From an uncultured Verrucomicrobiae bacterium (lineage in GTDB: Bacteria > Chlamydiota > Chlamydiia > Chlamydiales > Rhabdochlamydiaceae), in the NCBI GenBank assembly GCA_963718565.1, contig OY970364.1:1344001-1408000 (forward strand): 64,000 bases of DNA, written 5' to 3'. Of the stretch, positions 28,104 through 38,839 are shown piece by piece (the stretch's first letter is position 1; every line of letters starts with the position of its first letter). The notes beneath the pieces were generated by a model. It saw only the letters and a program-made list of their open reading frames with translations, did no database searches and was not told where the DNA came from. The position numbers were made by a program, and so were the translations under genes.

Positions 28104-31100
28104 TTAAAAAGCTTTTCTAAGTTCTACTTCAGCGGCATTCACAATGAAATGTTTGCCATATTCTCCATGATAGCCCAGCAAGAGTGAAAGCCCATATTTT
28201 GTCGACCCGACGCTCAAAGCTGCCGAGGGACAGATCAAACTATTATCCGGTTTAAGACCTTTGACGCTGAATCGACAGGGTTGTTCTCTTGAACTCACCT
28301 CTACCATTTTCCCAAAAATGGTAATGTCGGTGAATTGAGGTGGCGATCTGTATTTAAATCTCGCCTTTGTCTTTTTCCCTAAAAATCTAAATTCATAAAC
28401 ATAGGATCCTGAAATGTCCAACGCCAGATCGATATCGTGGATGCATCCTCGATACGCAAAGCCAAGACCTCCCTCGGGGCGTAATAGGTCGTACTGCTTG
28501 CTGTAGACTTTTAGATCCAGGCTGTGTGCTCCTTTCTCTCTGTATCCCGCTTGATCGACATAGATATAGTCCAAGTCGGCGAAAGGATAGATATCCAGAT
28601 GGTGCTTCTTACCCCAGTGCATTTTGAAATCATAGCCAAACCCGAAATGTCCCATCAGCTCGTTAGAGCGCTGGTGATGCGATGCCTCTCTCTTAGTTGA
28701 AGCAGAGAAGAAGGGTGTGGTCACATGGAATCTCATACGTCTAGATGCATGGACGCTATTGTAAAGATAAGAAAAAAGAAGATCTGCAAAAACGCTTGAT
28801 TGTGTCCACTGAGCGCCTACTGTCCCAGCATAGGTATTGAAGTCCGCCTTGGTGCGGCCTCCCACGACATCCAGATCGGCGTGTGCATAGGAAAATCCTG
28901 CAGTGACTGCACAATGGCTAAACTGATAGCCTGTCGCCGTCGTCACACCCACGAATTTTTCCTTGTATCCCTTTGAACTGTAATATCCACTCTGATCGGC
29001 CCATTGCATAAAAGGCATCATCCAAAGGTCCCAACCGCATTTTTTTCGGCATTCTTGTGTTCGAAGCTCTAGAAAATGATCTGTGAAGGTTTGACGGATT
29101 CTTTCAGCGACATTTTCTTGTCCCAAGCCGATATCGTTTCCGTTGCCAGGCTGCATCTGGTTAAAAGAGCCCGCCATTTGGCTGGGCGTCTGCACATTGA
29201 GAATCTCGATCACATCGGCAATATCCGATGGGTTTTTCGATGAGAGGGCATCAAAGCACCTGGCAACAGCACCTGGATTTCCTGAGGTGACCAAATTGCT
29301 AAAAGGAATGGGCGCGCCTGCAAGAGTTAAAAGGACCTCAGTGGGATCGTATTGTACGGAAAAATTAAAGCGCGTCAAAGGGTTGACCAGAGTAAAAGGG
29401 CTATTTGTCGTCACTGTTGAAGCTGTGATGATCGTATAGGATCCTGCTGGCTCGGTCAGTCCGAATGGGATTAACACTAATTGGCCCCCATCGATCGTCA
29501 CGGAATTTGACGCTGAGATCAAATCAGAGGTCGTATTGTCAAATTCCAGGAGATAAGAGCTAGTGGGAGAAAGAGTAAAATTCATGCCTTGAATAAGCCC
29601 AATGCTATTTCCTGGAGAAATATTTCCTTGAATAAGCGCATTGCCAACAGTCCCCGTTCCCCCTAATGTCCCCGGATGGTTGACGGTGATGGGTGCGGTC
29701 ACAGACCCATCGACGATGAGCTCCCCTGCATTGACGGTCGCAGATCCAAGAAAGGTATTGGTCCCATTGAGAACAACTGTGCCTGGCCCTTGGATTGTCA
29801 TTGTTCCAGATCCTGTAATATTGCCTGAGACAACAGCTGTACCGGAATTGCTGAAAACAAAACTTCCATTGTCAATCACGTTGCTTGTGGTCGGAACAGC
29901 ATTTGCACTAGCGATTTGTACCGTTCCGGCATTGATCACAAGAGGGCCTGCAAAACTGTTACTGCCCGAAAGGACCAATGTTCCAGGACCTTGCGCCGTC
30001 AATGAGCTTTCTCCATAGATGTCGCCTTGTAAAGTCACCACACCAGCAGGATTACCTACCAAGACAGTCCCCGGCCCGCGCAAAGCGACGGGGCGAGCAG
30101 ATGTCAACGATAGCGTGCTTGAAGGGATATCCAGCGTTCCATTGTTGAAGGTGATCAGACCCAAAGAGTTTCCCAATTGCGCATCACTTGTCCATTGAAT
30201 CTTTCCAGCTCCTGTAATGCTTGTGCCTCCGGAATAGCTATTGCTGCCATTTGAAAGAAAAAGAGTCCCATTGCTGATCTGGTTCACCGATCCTGTGCCT
30301 GTGATCTGCCCATTAAATGTGAACGTACCTGGAATATCAAAATTCACAATTCCATTGTCTGTCAGATTCGTTCCTGTGGGGAGGCTGCTTGCTGTATTCA
30401 CTTGAAGGGTTCCTGTCGAAACGAGGGTGGGCCCGAGATAAGAATTTGTTCCGGAAAGAATAAGCGTGCCCGGCCCTTGCATCGTCAGCCCGCCGCTTCC
30501 GCTGATCATTCCTGAAAAATTAGCTGTTCCGGGCTGATTGAACACAAGGGTGCCATCATCGATCACATTGCTTGTCATGGAAAGCGCGGACAAGGCATTG
30601 ATTTGCAATGTTCCAGTGGCAATAGTCGTCGTTCCTGAATAGTTGTTATTGCCTTCGAGGATCAATATCCCTGATCCCTGTTTTGCAAAAGAGCCAGCCC
30701 CGCTGATATTTCCTTGCAGCGTCACGATGCCCAAAGGATCGTCTACCGACACCGTTCCTGGCCCATTCAAGTTGATGGGATTTTTTAATAATAAAGAAGT
30801 CGTCCCCACGGGAACATCTAATGTCCCACTGTTCAATGTCAGTGCAGAAAAAAGATTTCCCATTTGTCCAGCGCTACTGATTTGAAGCGTCCCGCCGTTT
30901 GAAACAGCCGTTCCTCCCATGTAACTATTGGAGCTATTTGAAAGAACTAAAGTCCCGCTATTGATAAGGTTTACAGAACCGCTTCCACTGATCGCTCCAT
31001 TCAGAGTGGTTGTCCCTGTGGCATTGATATTCAAAACCCCATTGTCAACAATGTTGGACCCCGCAGGTAAACTGCTAGCGGCATTAATTTGAAGTGTTCC

Positions 31101-34100
31101 AGAAGAAATCGTCGTCGTTCCGGTATAGCCATTCGTCCCGCTTAAGATGAGGGTGCCGGCCGCGATTTGAGAAACGCCACCAGTCCCATTGATCGTCCCT
31201 GAAAAAGTGGATGTGCCGGGAATATTGAAAACAAATGCCCCATTATCTGTCACAGATGAACCTGCGGGTAAACTCCCTGAAGCATTGATCTGCAAAGTTC
31301 CAGAAGAGATAGTTGTTGGCCCCATGTAACTATTTGCACCAGACAAAATCAAGATCCCAGTCCCCTGCATCAGCAACCCCCCCGTCCCACTGATGTCATT
31401 TGAAACCGAAATCGTTCCGGGAAGATTGAATGATAAAGTTCCATTGTCGACCACAGAGGTAGATGAAGGGAGGCTATTGGAGGCGGTGACCTCTAATGTT
31501 CCCGAGGAGATCGTCGTGGTCCCCGAATAGGAATTATTTCCAACGATAATCACGGTTCCGGGGCCCTGCGTTGTCAAGGAGCCCGGTCCGGTAATATTAC
31601 CCTGCAGATAGGCTGTGACGGCAGCATCGTCAACAGCTACGATCCCTGGCCCGCTCAGAAAAATAGGCTGAGTCACAAAGACTTCAAAGGGTGAACCCAC
31701 GGGAATGTCCAATGTTCCACTGTTAAGAGTGAGTAAATTACTAGATCCGCCTAATTGAAAACCGCTGGTAACTGCGACAGTTCCACTATTGGAAACACTG
31801 GTACCGCCGGTGTAACTATTCCCCGTATTCGAAAGCACGACAGTGCCTCCGCCGATGTTTGAGAGCAATCCTACACCACTGATGTTCCCCGACAATGTTT
31901 TTGTCCCAGAATAATCGAGAAGCAATGTCCCTTGATTGTAAATGTTTTGTCCCGAAGGTAAGCTATTGACCGTACTGATGCTCAATGTGCCGCCGTTGAT
32001 GGTCGTCGTTCCAACATAAGAATTACTACCCGCTGCATCTAGAACAAGAGTTCCAGATCCTTGTTTTGTCAAAGATCCTCCCCCTGTGATATCTCCCTCC
32101 CATGTCACAGTACCTGCAGGATCATCGACAGAGAAAGTTCCGGGTCCATTGAGTGTGATCGGACGTGTAGATGTCAACGCAAGCGTGCCTGTAGGGAAAT
32201 CTAGGATTCCTCTATTCAAAGTGATACCTGTGCCCGACATGCCCAGCTCTCCATCATTGGTGATTTGCACTGTCCCATTATTGGATACAGAGGTCCCTCC
32301 TTGATAGCTGTTAGAAGTATTGGTCATCGCAAGAGTCCCGTTGCTAAGCACGTTGACCGGTCCGCTTCCGCTGATCAAACTAGTGACTGTCGCCGTTCCC
32401 GAATGAGTGAAATTGAGCACACTATCGTTGATGACATCGCCTGTGCCTGCAAGACTATTGAAAGCATTGATCTGTAATGTTCCTGAAGAGATCGTTGTTG
32501 TTCCGGTATAGATATCATTGCCGGACAAGATAAGCGTTCCAGCACCCTGCATCGTCAACGAACCAGAGCCTGAAATCCCCCCGGCCAAGCTCGCTGTCCC
32601 GGATTGATTGAAAATAAACGACCCATTATTAATGACATTGCTTCCAAAGGGAAAACTATCAGCATTATCGATCTGGAGAATCCCAGAACTAATTGTTGTT
32701 GTACCGCTGTAAGTATTATCCCCTGTAAATATCATTTCTCCAGGTCCGGTCAAGGTCAGCTGGCCCGGACCGATGATGTTCCCCGCCTGAGTGACGATTG
32801 TCGCCACGTCTGAGACATCAATCGTGCCCCCCTGGCCTGTCAGAATAATGGGATGCTGTGATGTAAAGGAAGGGGTAACAGGAACAAGAAGGGTTCCATC
32901 ATTGAGAGTCAGCGTTGAAGTCGGAGCCCCGAAGCTGCTGGTCCCGGTAAATATCCCAATAGCGCCATTTGTGAACGCCAGCCCTCCGGTAAAATTATTA
33001 CTCGGATTAGAAAGGATGAGTGTCCCGCTTCCGATATTATTGACAGATCCCGACCCTGTGATGAATCCTGAAAATGTATAAGTTCCCGGGACGTTAAAAT
33101 TCAAAATCCCGTTGTCATTGACTTGATTCATCGGCAGGCTATCGGCATTATTGATCTGCAATGTCCCTGTCGAGAGCGTCGTTTGCCCCATGTAGGTATT
33201 CATCCCGGAAAGAATCATGGTGCCGGTTCCTTCCATCGTCAAGGTACCCGTCCCGGAAATGTCTCCAGAAAAAGTCCCCGTCCCGGAATTATTAAACACA
33301 AGCGAGCTGTCGTCTACCACTGTTCCGGATGTAGGAAGGCCATTGTTGGAATTAATTTGCAAGGTTCCCGCTGAAATCGTCGTCGTCCCCAAATAAGTAT
33401 TGTCGCCTGCGAGAATGACCGTTCCAGAGGCTTGCAATATCAAGGCTCCGCTGCCGCTAATCGATCCATCGACAGTCAATATTCCGGACTGATTGAAAAT
33501 GAGAGTATCGTCATTCACGACCGTACTAAAGCGCGGAAAGCTGGTGGCATTATTGATTTGCAGCGTTCCTAAATCAATGGTTGTTGTCCCTGTATAGGTG
33601 GCGTCCAATCCAATAAAAATGACTGAAGATCCTCCTTGTATGGTCACAGAGCCTGTTCCGGAAATATTTTCATTGACTATAATAGGTGAACTATTGTTGA
33701 AAACAAGCGCTCCATTATCTACAACTTCTGATCCAGATAAACTATAAGTATCATCGATTTGCAGTGTGCCTAAAGCAATCGTCGTTGGCCCTAAGTAAGT
33801 ATTTTCTCCGGAGAGAATCACAGTTCCCCCTCCTGTGACGGACAAGCCGCCGGTCCCGTCGATCATTCCTGAAGCAGTAATGGTTGTGGATAGAAGATTG
33901 TTAAAAATCAATGTTCCGTTGTCAGTAACGTTAAGAGAAGGGGGAAAGCTGCTCGTCGAATTGAATTGAAGAGATGCCATGCTTCCGATGGTCACCGGAC
34001 TTGTGAAAGTATTCGCCCCTGACAAAACCAACGTTCCCATCCCATCGACGGTGATTCCTCCGCCTCCCGTCACCGCTCCTGCAAAAGTTCCCGTTGCCAA

Positions 34101-35879
34101 AGCATCGACAAGAAAAGTCCCTGGCCCAGTAAAAGTAACGGGTCGGTTAGAGCTTAATGGCGTAGTGATCTCTAAAGTGCCTCCGTTGAACTGCAGACTG
34201 TTCGTGCTGAATCCTAGATTGTTATCGCTTGAAATCTGAACTGTTCCTCCATTGAGATAGGTCGTTCCCAGGTAGGTATTCGTTCCTCCTACTAGCGATA
34301 ATGTTCCGGTGCCGTTCATCATCAGCCCGCCGCCTGTGCCCCCTCCGGCGCCTAAGTCGCTCGTAATATTGGTCGGTACACTAATGGTTCCTGAATTGGT
34401 GAATTCCACCAATCCTCCTGACATCAAAAAAATGTCAGGACTTTGGCCCTTGCCTACGGTACCGGAAGATCCCGTCATAAATCCTATTCCACCACCTCCT
34501 CCTGTCGCACTGTTGGTATTAAACAATGGAGGCGAGGAAGGATCGCTGATAATCAACGTCCCCCCTCTTTGCACAAAGATCGCACCGCCTAGGCCAGCGC
34601 CGCCTCCTCCCCCATTCCCTGATGCCACGCCGCTGCCGCCAAAGCCTCCTCCGAACCCTGCAAGAGCAGCGGCACTTCCGCCTCCGCTTCCACCGCCCAA
34701 TCCTCCGACTCCAGCTGTACCATTCGAACCGCCGCCGCCGCCGCCACCGCCAAATCCTCCTGTTCCCCCACTCGTTCCAGGCCCGGCACCGCCTCCACCG
34801 CCTCCAAAAGATCCCGCACCTCCAATGCCACCGGTCGTTCCATTCCCGCCTCCGCCGCCACCTCCAAAAGATCCCGTAGAATTTCCTCCTGCCCCTCCAG
34901 TGACAGTTCCACCACCGCCGCCGCCGGCTCCCATTGCAGAAGTTCCCCCTCCACCTCCATTGCCGGAAGTATTTCCGCCTCCTCCTCCGCCGCCGCTGTC
35001 GCCCGTACCGCTTCCGCCAGCGCTTCCTGATGATCCGCCCGTTCCCCCCGGATTGCCTAAAGAATCAGCTCCCCCATTCCCTCCTGTAGTCGAAATCCCG
35101 CTGCCATTTTGTCCTACATTGGCATCCGATCCACCTCCGCCACCTCCCGAATTGCCAGACGCAGCGCCATCACCCCCGCCGAAAAATAGTCCGCCGCCTC
35201 CGCCTCCCCCGGAATCTCCCTCGCCCCCATCGCTGTCATATCCACCACCGCCACCGCCGCCACCACCGCCAGTCGTATTCCCTCCGGTCCCATCATTCAT
35301 ACCACCACCACCACCGCCGCTGGTGCCAGTCACCGTTTGAACGCCTCCATTTCCCCCAACAGCTTGACAATTTGAAAATGTACTCCCGGTCACAGTGACT
35401 GTTGCGCCAGTACCCACAAATAGCCCTCCGCCGGCGCCCAAGCCGCCGCCGCCGCCATTTCCTCCCAGACCTCCTCCAGAGCCGCCAATCGATGTGCCCG
35501 ATAAAAATGTGATGTCGCTTTCTATCGCCAATGTTGTCACATTGGGCGATACAAAAAATATCTGGTACAAACTGTTCCCGTTAATCGTCACGCTATTTCC
35601 ATTCGAGTCTATCGTCGAAATGCTAGATCCTATAAGAGGCAATGAGCTTGCCAAAGAGATTGTCCCGCCTGTCATAAATTGAATGAGGCTGTTTGGCACC
35701 GCTGCTGTATTGGCATCAATAATCGCCTGGCGCAAAGAACCGGCCCCACTGTCACTAGTATTGGAAACAGTATAGGTAACGCCGAAAAGCGAAGCATTGG
35801 CCGACAGCAAAGAAAAACAGATGAGCGATCGCGCTCGCAGCCATGGGGAGTTTTTAATCGGAATTCGAAAAAATCTCAT
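28104..35879 (-). CDS. Giant autotransporter/adhesin with poly-Gly N-terminus and many beta-strand repeats (2591 aa)
   Basis: Signal peptide, VSNTSDSGAGSLRQAI, long Gly-rich tract, GGAIF, many GSGSLTMQGAGTLILSG.N.Y.G.TTI..GTLQI units, ISPGNSIG, barrel ending in F. Confidence 0.9.
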   Translation of the reverse strand: MRFFRIPIKNSPWLRARSLICFSLLSANASLFGVTYTVSNTSDSGAGSLRQAIIDANTAAVPNSLIQFMTGGTISLASSLPLIGSSISTIDSNGNSVTINGNSLYQIFFVSPNVTTLAIESDITFLSGTSIGGSGGGLGGNGGGGGLGAGGGLFVGTGATVTVTGSTFSNCQAVGGNGGVQTVTGTSGGGGGGMNDGTGGNTTGGGGGGGGGGYDSDGGEGDSGGGGGGGLFFGGGDGAASGNSGGGGGGSDANVGQNGSGISTTGGNGGADSLGNPGGTGGSSGSAGGSGTGDSGGGGGGGNTSGNGGGGGTSAMGAGGGGGGTVTGGAGGNSTGSFGGGGGGGNGTTGGIGGAGSFGGGGGGAGPGTSGGTGGFGGGGGGGGSNGTAGVGGLGGGSGGGSAAALAGFGGGFGGSGVASGNGGGGGAGLGGAIFVQRGGTLIISDPSSPPLFNTNSATGGGGGIGFMTGSSGTVGKGQSPDIFLMSGGLVEFTNSGTISVPTNITSDLGAGGGTGGGLMMNGTGTLSLVGGTNTYLGTTYLNGGTVQISSDNNLGFSTNSLQFNGGTLEITTPLSSNRPVTFTGPGTFLVDALATGTFAGAVTGGGGITVDGMGTLVLSGANTFTSPVTIGSMASLQFNSTSSFPPSLNVTDNGTLIFNNLLSTTITASGMIDGTGGLSVTGGGTVILSGENTYLGPTTIALGTLQIDDTYSLSGSEVVDNGALVFNNSSPIIVNENISGTGSVTIQGGSSVIFIGLDATYTGTTTIDLGTLQINNATSFPRFSTVVNDDTLIFNQSGILTVDGSISGSGALILQASGTVILAGDNTYLGTTTISAGTLQINSNNGLPTSGTVVDDSSLVFNNSGTGTFSGDISGTGTLTMEGTGTMILSGMNTYMGQTTLSTGTLQINNADSLPMNQVNDNGILNFNVPGTYTFSGFITGSGSVNNIGSGTLILSNPSNNFTGGLAFTNGAIGIFTGTSSFGAPTSTLTLNDGTLLVPVTPSFTSQHPIILTGQGGTIDVSDVATIVTQAGNIIGPGQLTLTGPGEMIFTGDNTYSGTTTISSGILQIDNADSFPFGSNVINNGSFIFNQSGTASLAGGISGSGSLTMQGAGTLILSGNDIYTGTTTISSGTLQINAFNSLAGTGDVINDSVLNFTHSGTATVTSLISGSGPVNVLSNGTLAMTNTSNSYQGGTSVSNNGTVQITNDGELGMSGTGITLNRGILDFPTGTLALTSTRPITLNGPGTFSVDDPAGTVTWEGDITGGGSLTKQGSGTLVLDAAGSNSYVGTTTINGGTLSISTVNSLPSGQNIYNQGTLLLDYSGTKTLSGNISGVGLLSNIGGGTVVLSNTGNSYTGGTSVSNSGTVAVTSGFQLGGSSNLLTLNSGTLDIPVGSPFEVFVTQPIFLSGPGIVAVDDAAVTAYLQGNITGPGSLTTQGPGTVIIVGNNSYSGTTTISSGTLEVTASNSLPSSTSVVDNGTLSFNLPGTISVSNDISGTGGLLMQGTGILILSGANSYMGPTTISSGTLQINASGSLPAGSSVTDNGAFVFNIPGTSTFSGTINGTGGVSQIAAGTLILSGTNGYTGTTTISSGTLQINAASSLPAGSNIVDNGVLNINATGTTTLNGAISGSGSVNLINSGTLVLSNSSNSYMGGTAVSNGGTLQISSAGQMGNLFSALTLNSGTLDVPVGTTSLLLKNPINLNGPGTVSVDDPLGIVTLQGNISGAGSFAKQGSGILILEGNNNYSGTTTIATGTLQINALSALSMTSNVIDDGTLVFNQPGTANFSGMISGSGGLTMQGPGTLILSGTNSYLGPTLVSTGTLQVNTASSLPTGTNLTDNGIVNFDIPGTFTFNGQITGTGSVNQISNGTLFLSNGSNSYSGGTSITGAGKIQWTSDAQLGNSLGLITFNNGTLDIPSSTLSLTSARPVALRGPGTVLVGNPAGVVTLQGDIYGESSLTAQGPGTLVLSGSNSFAGPLVINAGTVQIASANAVPTTSNVIDNGSFVFSNSGTAVVSGNITGSGTMTIQGPGTVVLNGTNTFLGSATVNAGELIVDGSVTAPITVNHPGTLGGTGTVGNALIQGNISPGNSIGLIQGMNFTLSPTSSYLLEFDNTTSDLISASNSVTIDGGQLVLIPFGLTEPAGSYTIITASTVTTNSPFTLVNPLTRFNFSVQYDPTEVLLTLAGAPIPFSNLVTSGNPGAVARCFDALSSKNPSDIADVIEILNVQTPSQMAGSFNQMQPGNGNDIGLGQENVAERIRQTFTDHFLELRTQECRKKCGWDLWMMPFMQWADQSGYYSSKGYKEKFVGVTTATGYQFSHCAVTAGFSYAHADLDVVGGRTKADFNTYAGTVGAQWTQSSVFADLLFSYLYNSVHASRRMRFHVTTPFFSASTKREASHHQRSNELMGHFGFGYDFKMHWGKKHHLDIYPFADLDYIYVDQAGYREKGAHSLDLKVYSKQYDLLRPEGGLGFAYRGCIHDIDLALDISGSYVYEFRFLGKKTKARFKYRSPPQFTDITIFGKMVEVSSREQPCRFSVKGLKPDNSLICPSAALSVGSTKYGLSLLLGYHGEYGKHFIVNAAEVELRKAF

Positions 35880-35993
35880 TTTCTTGTATGTAAAAAATAT
35901 TTTAAATCTGAAAAGGCCTGTAAACTAAAATTTAGTTGATAAACCAGACACGATTTTTTTTCAAATTTTTTACAAACAAATCGTAAAATTTTT

Positions 35994-36353
35994 CTTTGAG
36001 AGGGTGTTTTCAAACTTAATTTGAAAACGGGGTATATTAAAGTTGCCAGAACCCGCACAGCGGGTCCGGTTAGCGGCGGCGAAAGCATACTTGGATAAAT
36101 AGGAGAGCCGCCGCCAAGGCGACAGGTGCCAAAAGCGCGATTTTATGCGGCGAGGAGTTTTGCAATTCCCTCTATACCATCGCGAAGCAGTTTCCGCCCA
36201 AAGCAGCATCTATTACCTGCTCTGTCAATCTGTTTTCAATTTTCTCCGGGTCTTTGCGGCTCTGCGTTGATTTCATCCGTCGCGCTCATGTGGCCTTTAA
36301 ACATATGTCACAGGAAGCTAATCTGTCAGAAGTTTGAAAATACCCCCTTAAAG
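35994..36353. mobile_element. MITE-like element with 23-bp terminal IRs containing a nested family B end
   Basis: ctttgagagggtgttttcaaact versus agtttgaaaatacccccttaaag (20/23 match). gagttttgcaattccctctata lies at 36155-36176. Confidence 0.55.
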
Positions 36354-36379
36354 GAACGCATCCAAGAAAAAGAGAATAA

Positions 36380-36461
36380 TGCGAGAGAGGGGACTCGAAC
36401 CCCTACGAGAAACCCCACTACCACCTCAAAGTAGCGCGTCTACCAATTCCGCCACTCTCGC
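36380..36461 (-). tRNA. tRNA-Leu(GAG)
   Basis: GCGAGAGTGGCGGAATTGGTAGACGCGCTACTTTGAGGTGGTAGTGGGGTTTCTCGTAGGGGTTCGAGTCCCCTCTCTCGCA. Anticodon GAG, long variable arm. Confidence 0.95.
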
Positions 36462-36591
36462 AAGAAATGAAAGGAAGATCTTACTTTTTCATTCAAATCC
36501 CTTCAAGGAAATTTGACAGGAAATTTGCAGGGGATGTATCTCCGCTGAATATACAAAACTCATTGCTAAGCCTCGTTGCTATGTCTCATCC

Positions 36592-36644
36592 TTAACTTAA
36601 TTTTAAAACCCAATTGACTTCTTTGGGCGTTTTTGTTAAGTTAA
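36592..36644 (+). promoter_or_regulatory. Putative abiE promoter with overlapping inverted-repeat operator
   Basis: Arms ttaacttaa-N8-cccaa / ttggg-N8-ttaagttaa surround -35 TTGACT (36614-19). -10-like TAAGTT is 17 bp downstream. Confidence 0.65.
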
Positions 36645-36660
36645 AGAAAAGGATATTTCC

Positions 36661-37257
36661 ATGCGACCAAAGGCCTGTCTAATACTTCTTATTCCTTTAC
36701 TTGATCAGCCATCTTTCACAGCAAAAGAGGCCAAAAACTTGGGAGTCTCTGCCGCAGTTTTAAGCTACTATGTTAAAGCTGGACAACTAAAAAGAATTCG
36801 GCATGGAGTATATCAAGCAATCAATTATCAAAATCCTGAAGCTTTCCGTTGGATAGACCTCATAGAAGCTGTTCATTCCATTAGTGGTGGAGTGGTATGC
36901 CTGATTTCTGCGCTTGCTGTGTATGATTTAACTGAAGAAATCCCTCGTCAACACTGGATTGGAATTCGACATGGAACTTCAGCTCGAAGTAGTCGTCAAA
37001 TTAAAATCGTTCGCTTTCGCGATCTCGATTTAGGCAAAACCGAAATCGAACTAGAAGGAGCCCGCATTTCAATTTTTGACAGGGAACGCACAATTATAGA
37101 TGCATTTCGCCTCTTGAGTCGAGAAACTGCTATTAAAGCTTTAAAATCAGCTGTAGCACAAGGTGGAAAAAACCGCATCGACCTAATAAAGCTTGAAGCC
37201 TATGCTAAAAAGCTTCAATTCGATATTTCACCTTATTTACTGAGTATAACCACATGA
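36661..37257 (+). CDS. abiEi: Type IV TA antitoxin, AbiEi family
   Basis: wHTH (GQLKRIRHGVY), VVCLISALAVYDLTEEIP, IFDRERTIIDAFR. Confidence 0.9.
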   Translation: MRPKACLILLIPLLDQPSFTAKEAKNLGVSAAVLSYYVKAGQLKRIRHGVYQAINYQNPEAFRWIDLIEAVHSISGGVVCLISALAVYDLTEEIPRQHWIGIRHGTSARSSRQIKIVRFRDLDLGKTEIELEGARISIFDRERTIIDAFRLLSRETAIKALKSAVAQGGKNRIDLIKLEAYAKKLQFDISPYLLSITT

Positions 37258-38096
37258 TAAATGAACAAGCTCTCAAGGATAGACTCCAAACCATCGCCAA
37301 AGAAAAAGAGATTCCTTTTAATGCCTGCTGGAAACAACTTCTTTTAGAAAGATTTCTGACTCGATTAGCCCGCTCTTCCCACGTCAATAAATTTATATTT
37401 AAAGGTGGATTTCTACTTTCCTACATGATGAAAATTGGAAGAGAAACCGTAGACCTTGATTTTCTTTTAACGCAGATGAATGCCGAAGTAAAAGGGCTTC
37501 AAGAGGTTTTTGAAGAGATCGTATTGATACCGTCGGAAGACGGATTTACTTTTTCTTTTGAAGGCATTGAAATACTTTCTCAGCCGCATATGGAGTATTC
37601 CGGGTATCGTACAACTCTCAAAGTTTCTTTTGCCAAGATGAAAGATAAAATTCATGTAGATGTTGGCATAGGTGATATCGTAGAACCGCAGTACAAAGAA
37701 ATTAAACTTTTTGAATATCGTGGAAAGCCATTTTTTGAAGAATCCATTTCACTTTTAGTCTATCCTATCGAAACAATTTTTGCAGAAAAATTAGAGACCA
37801 TTCTTTCAAAAGGCTCTAGAAATAACCGGATGAAAGACTTTCATGATCTACTTTTACTTTTGCGTGATAAAAGCTTGCAAAGCTCTACAAAGCTGCATGA
37901 AAATGTGCAAAAAACATTTGAGCATCGTGGAACGACATTAAAGCCTATTCAGTTTGAGGAAGCAGGTCATAAGGCTCTTCAACAATTGTGGACAGCACAT
38001 CTACAGGGTCTTGGCGATGTAGCTAAAGAGCTTGAACTGCCAGAAAACATTAAGGAGGTCATAGACATACTCAATAGTGGTATAAGTCTATCTTAA
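37254..38096 (+). CDS. abiEii: Type IV TA toxin, AbiEii nucleotidyltransferase
   Basis: LERFLTRL, FIFKGG, RETVDLDF, HVDVGIGD, AEKLETI, RMKDFHDL. 4-bp overlap with the antitoxin. Confidence 0.92.
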   Translation: MINEQALKDRLQTIAKEKEIPFNACWKQLLLERFLTRLARSSHVNKFIFKGGFLLSYMMKIGRETVDLDFLLTQMNAEVKGLQEVFEEIVLIPSEDGFTFSFEGIEILSQPHMEYSGYRTTLKVSFAKMKDKIHVDVGIGDIVEPQYKEIKLFEYRGKPFFEESISLLVYPIETIFAEKLETILSKGSRNNRMKDFHDLLLLLRDKSLQSSTKLHENVQKTFEHRGTTLKPIQFEEAGHKALQQLWTAHLQGLGDVAKELELPENIKEVIDILNSGISLS

Positions 38097-38221
38097 CCTA
38101 ATTTCCCTCAATTTTCATGATCTCCTTGGAAATTTCTTGAGATTAGAATACCCTTATATTTTTCTTAAGCTTTAAAAGAATAATTACAACGAAACATATT
38201 AAATAAAAGCTTGGTTACTTA

Positions 38222-38488
38222 ATGTACACTAAAGCGTTCCCTTATAATGACGATGTGATTTTTTATTTCGATCTGATGGTGTTTGATAAACCGAATCTTT
38301 CAACTCTATTTGGCTTAATGATCATTTTTGCTTTCTTCTGCATTCCCTTTTCCATCCTCCCATCAATCGTTTTTATCTGGTCGAACTATTCCAAAAAAAA
38401 ATACAAGAAGATGTATTTTTACTGCTGTTTACCTGTTCTAATTTTTGTTCTGAGTATGCTACTGGTAATGGGACTAGCAGATACATGA
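38222..38488 (+). CDS. Small hypothetical membrane protein (2 TM)
   Basis: Two hydrophobic stretches separated by a basic loop, in AT-rich sequence. Confidence 0.5.
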   Translation: MYTKAFPYNDDVIFYFDLMVFDKPNLSTLFGLMIIFAFFCIPFSILPSIVFIWSNYSKKKYKKMYFYCCLPVLIFVLSMLLVMGLADT

Positions 38489-38839
38489 TCATCATTATTT
38501 TAGGCAAAGAAATATTTCATTTGTAACCCCACAGAATAAGACGGTTATGTTCTCTATGAAAATAATGTGAGCATCATTGTTTCCCCACTTACTGACTATC
38601 CGCGGAAGTCAGGATATATATTGAACAGACAGAAAAATTGAATAGTTAGATAAAAAATGAAGATGGCTCTTGAAAATTTTCTATTTGTCTTATTTTTAAC
38701 GACTCAAGAATTCAGGGAGTTATCGTTATGCTGAAATACTCTAACCATTCTCTTTTCGAATTTCGACTCGACACATCAAACCGAAGGAAGGCTATTTATT
38801 TACCCAAGGGACGTAAGTGGCCTAGAAAAAAACTGATTT

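Noticed and set aside
34309..35682. Proline-rich plus-strand ORFs (343 aa and 95 aa)
   Set aside because: They are the antisense shadow of the poly-Gly codons of the 2591-aa autotransporter.
38490..38835. AT-rich stretch with short broken frames
   Set aside because: No supportable gene or structure, possibly decayed DNA.
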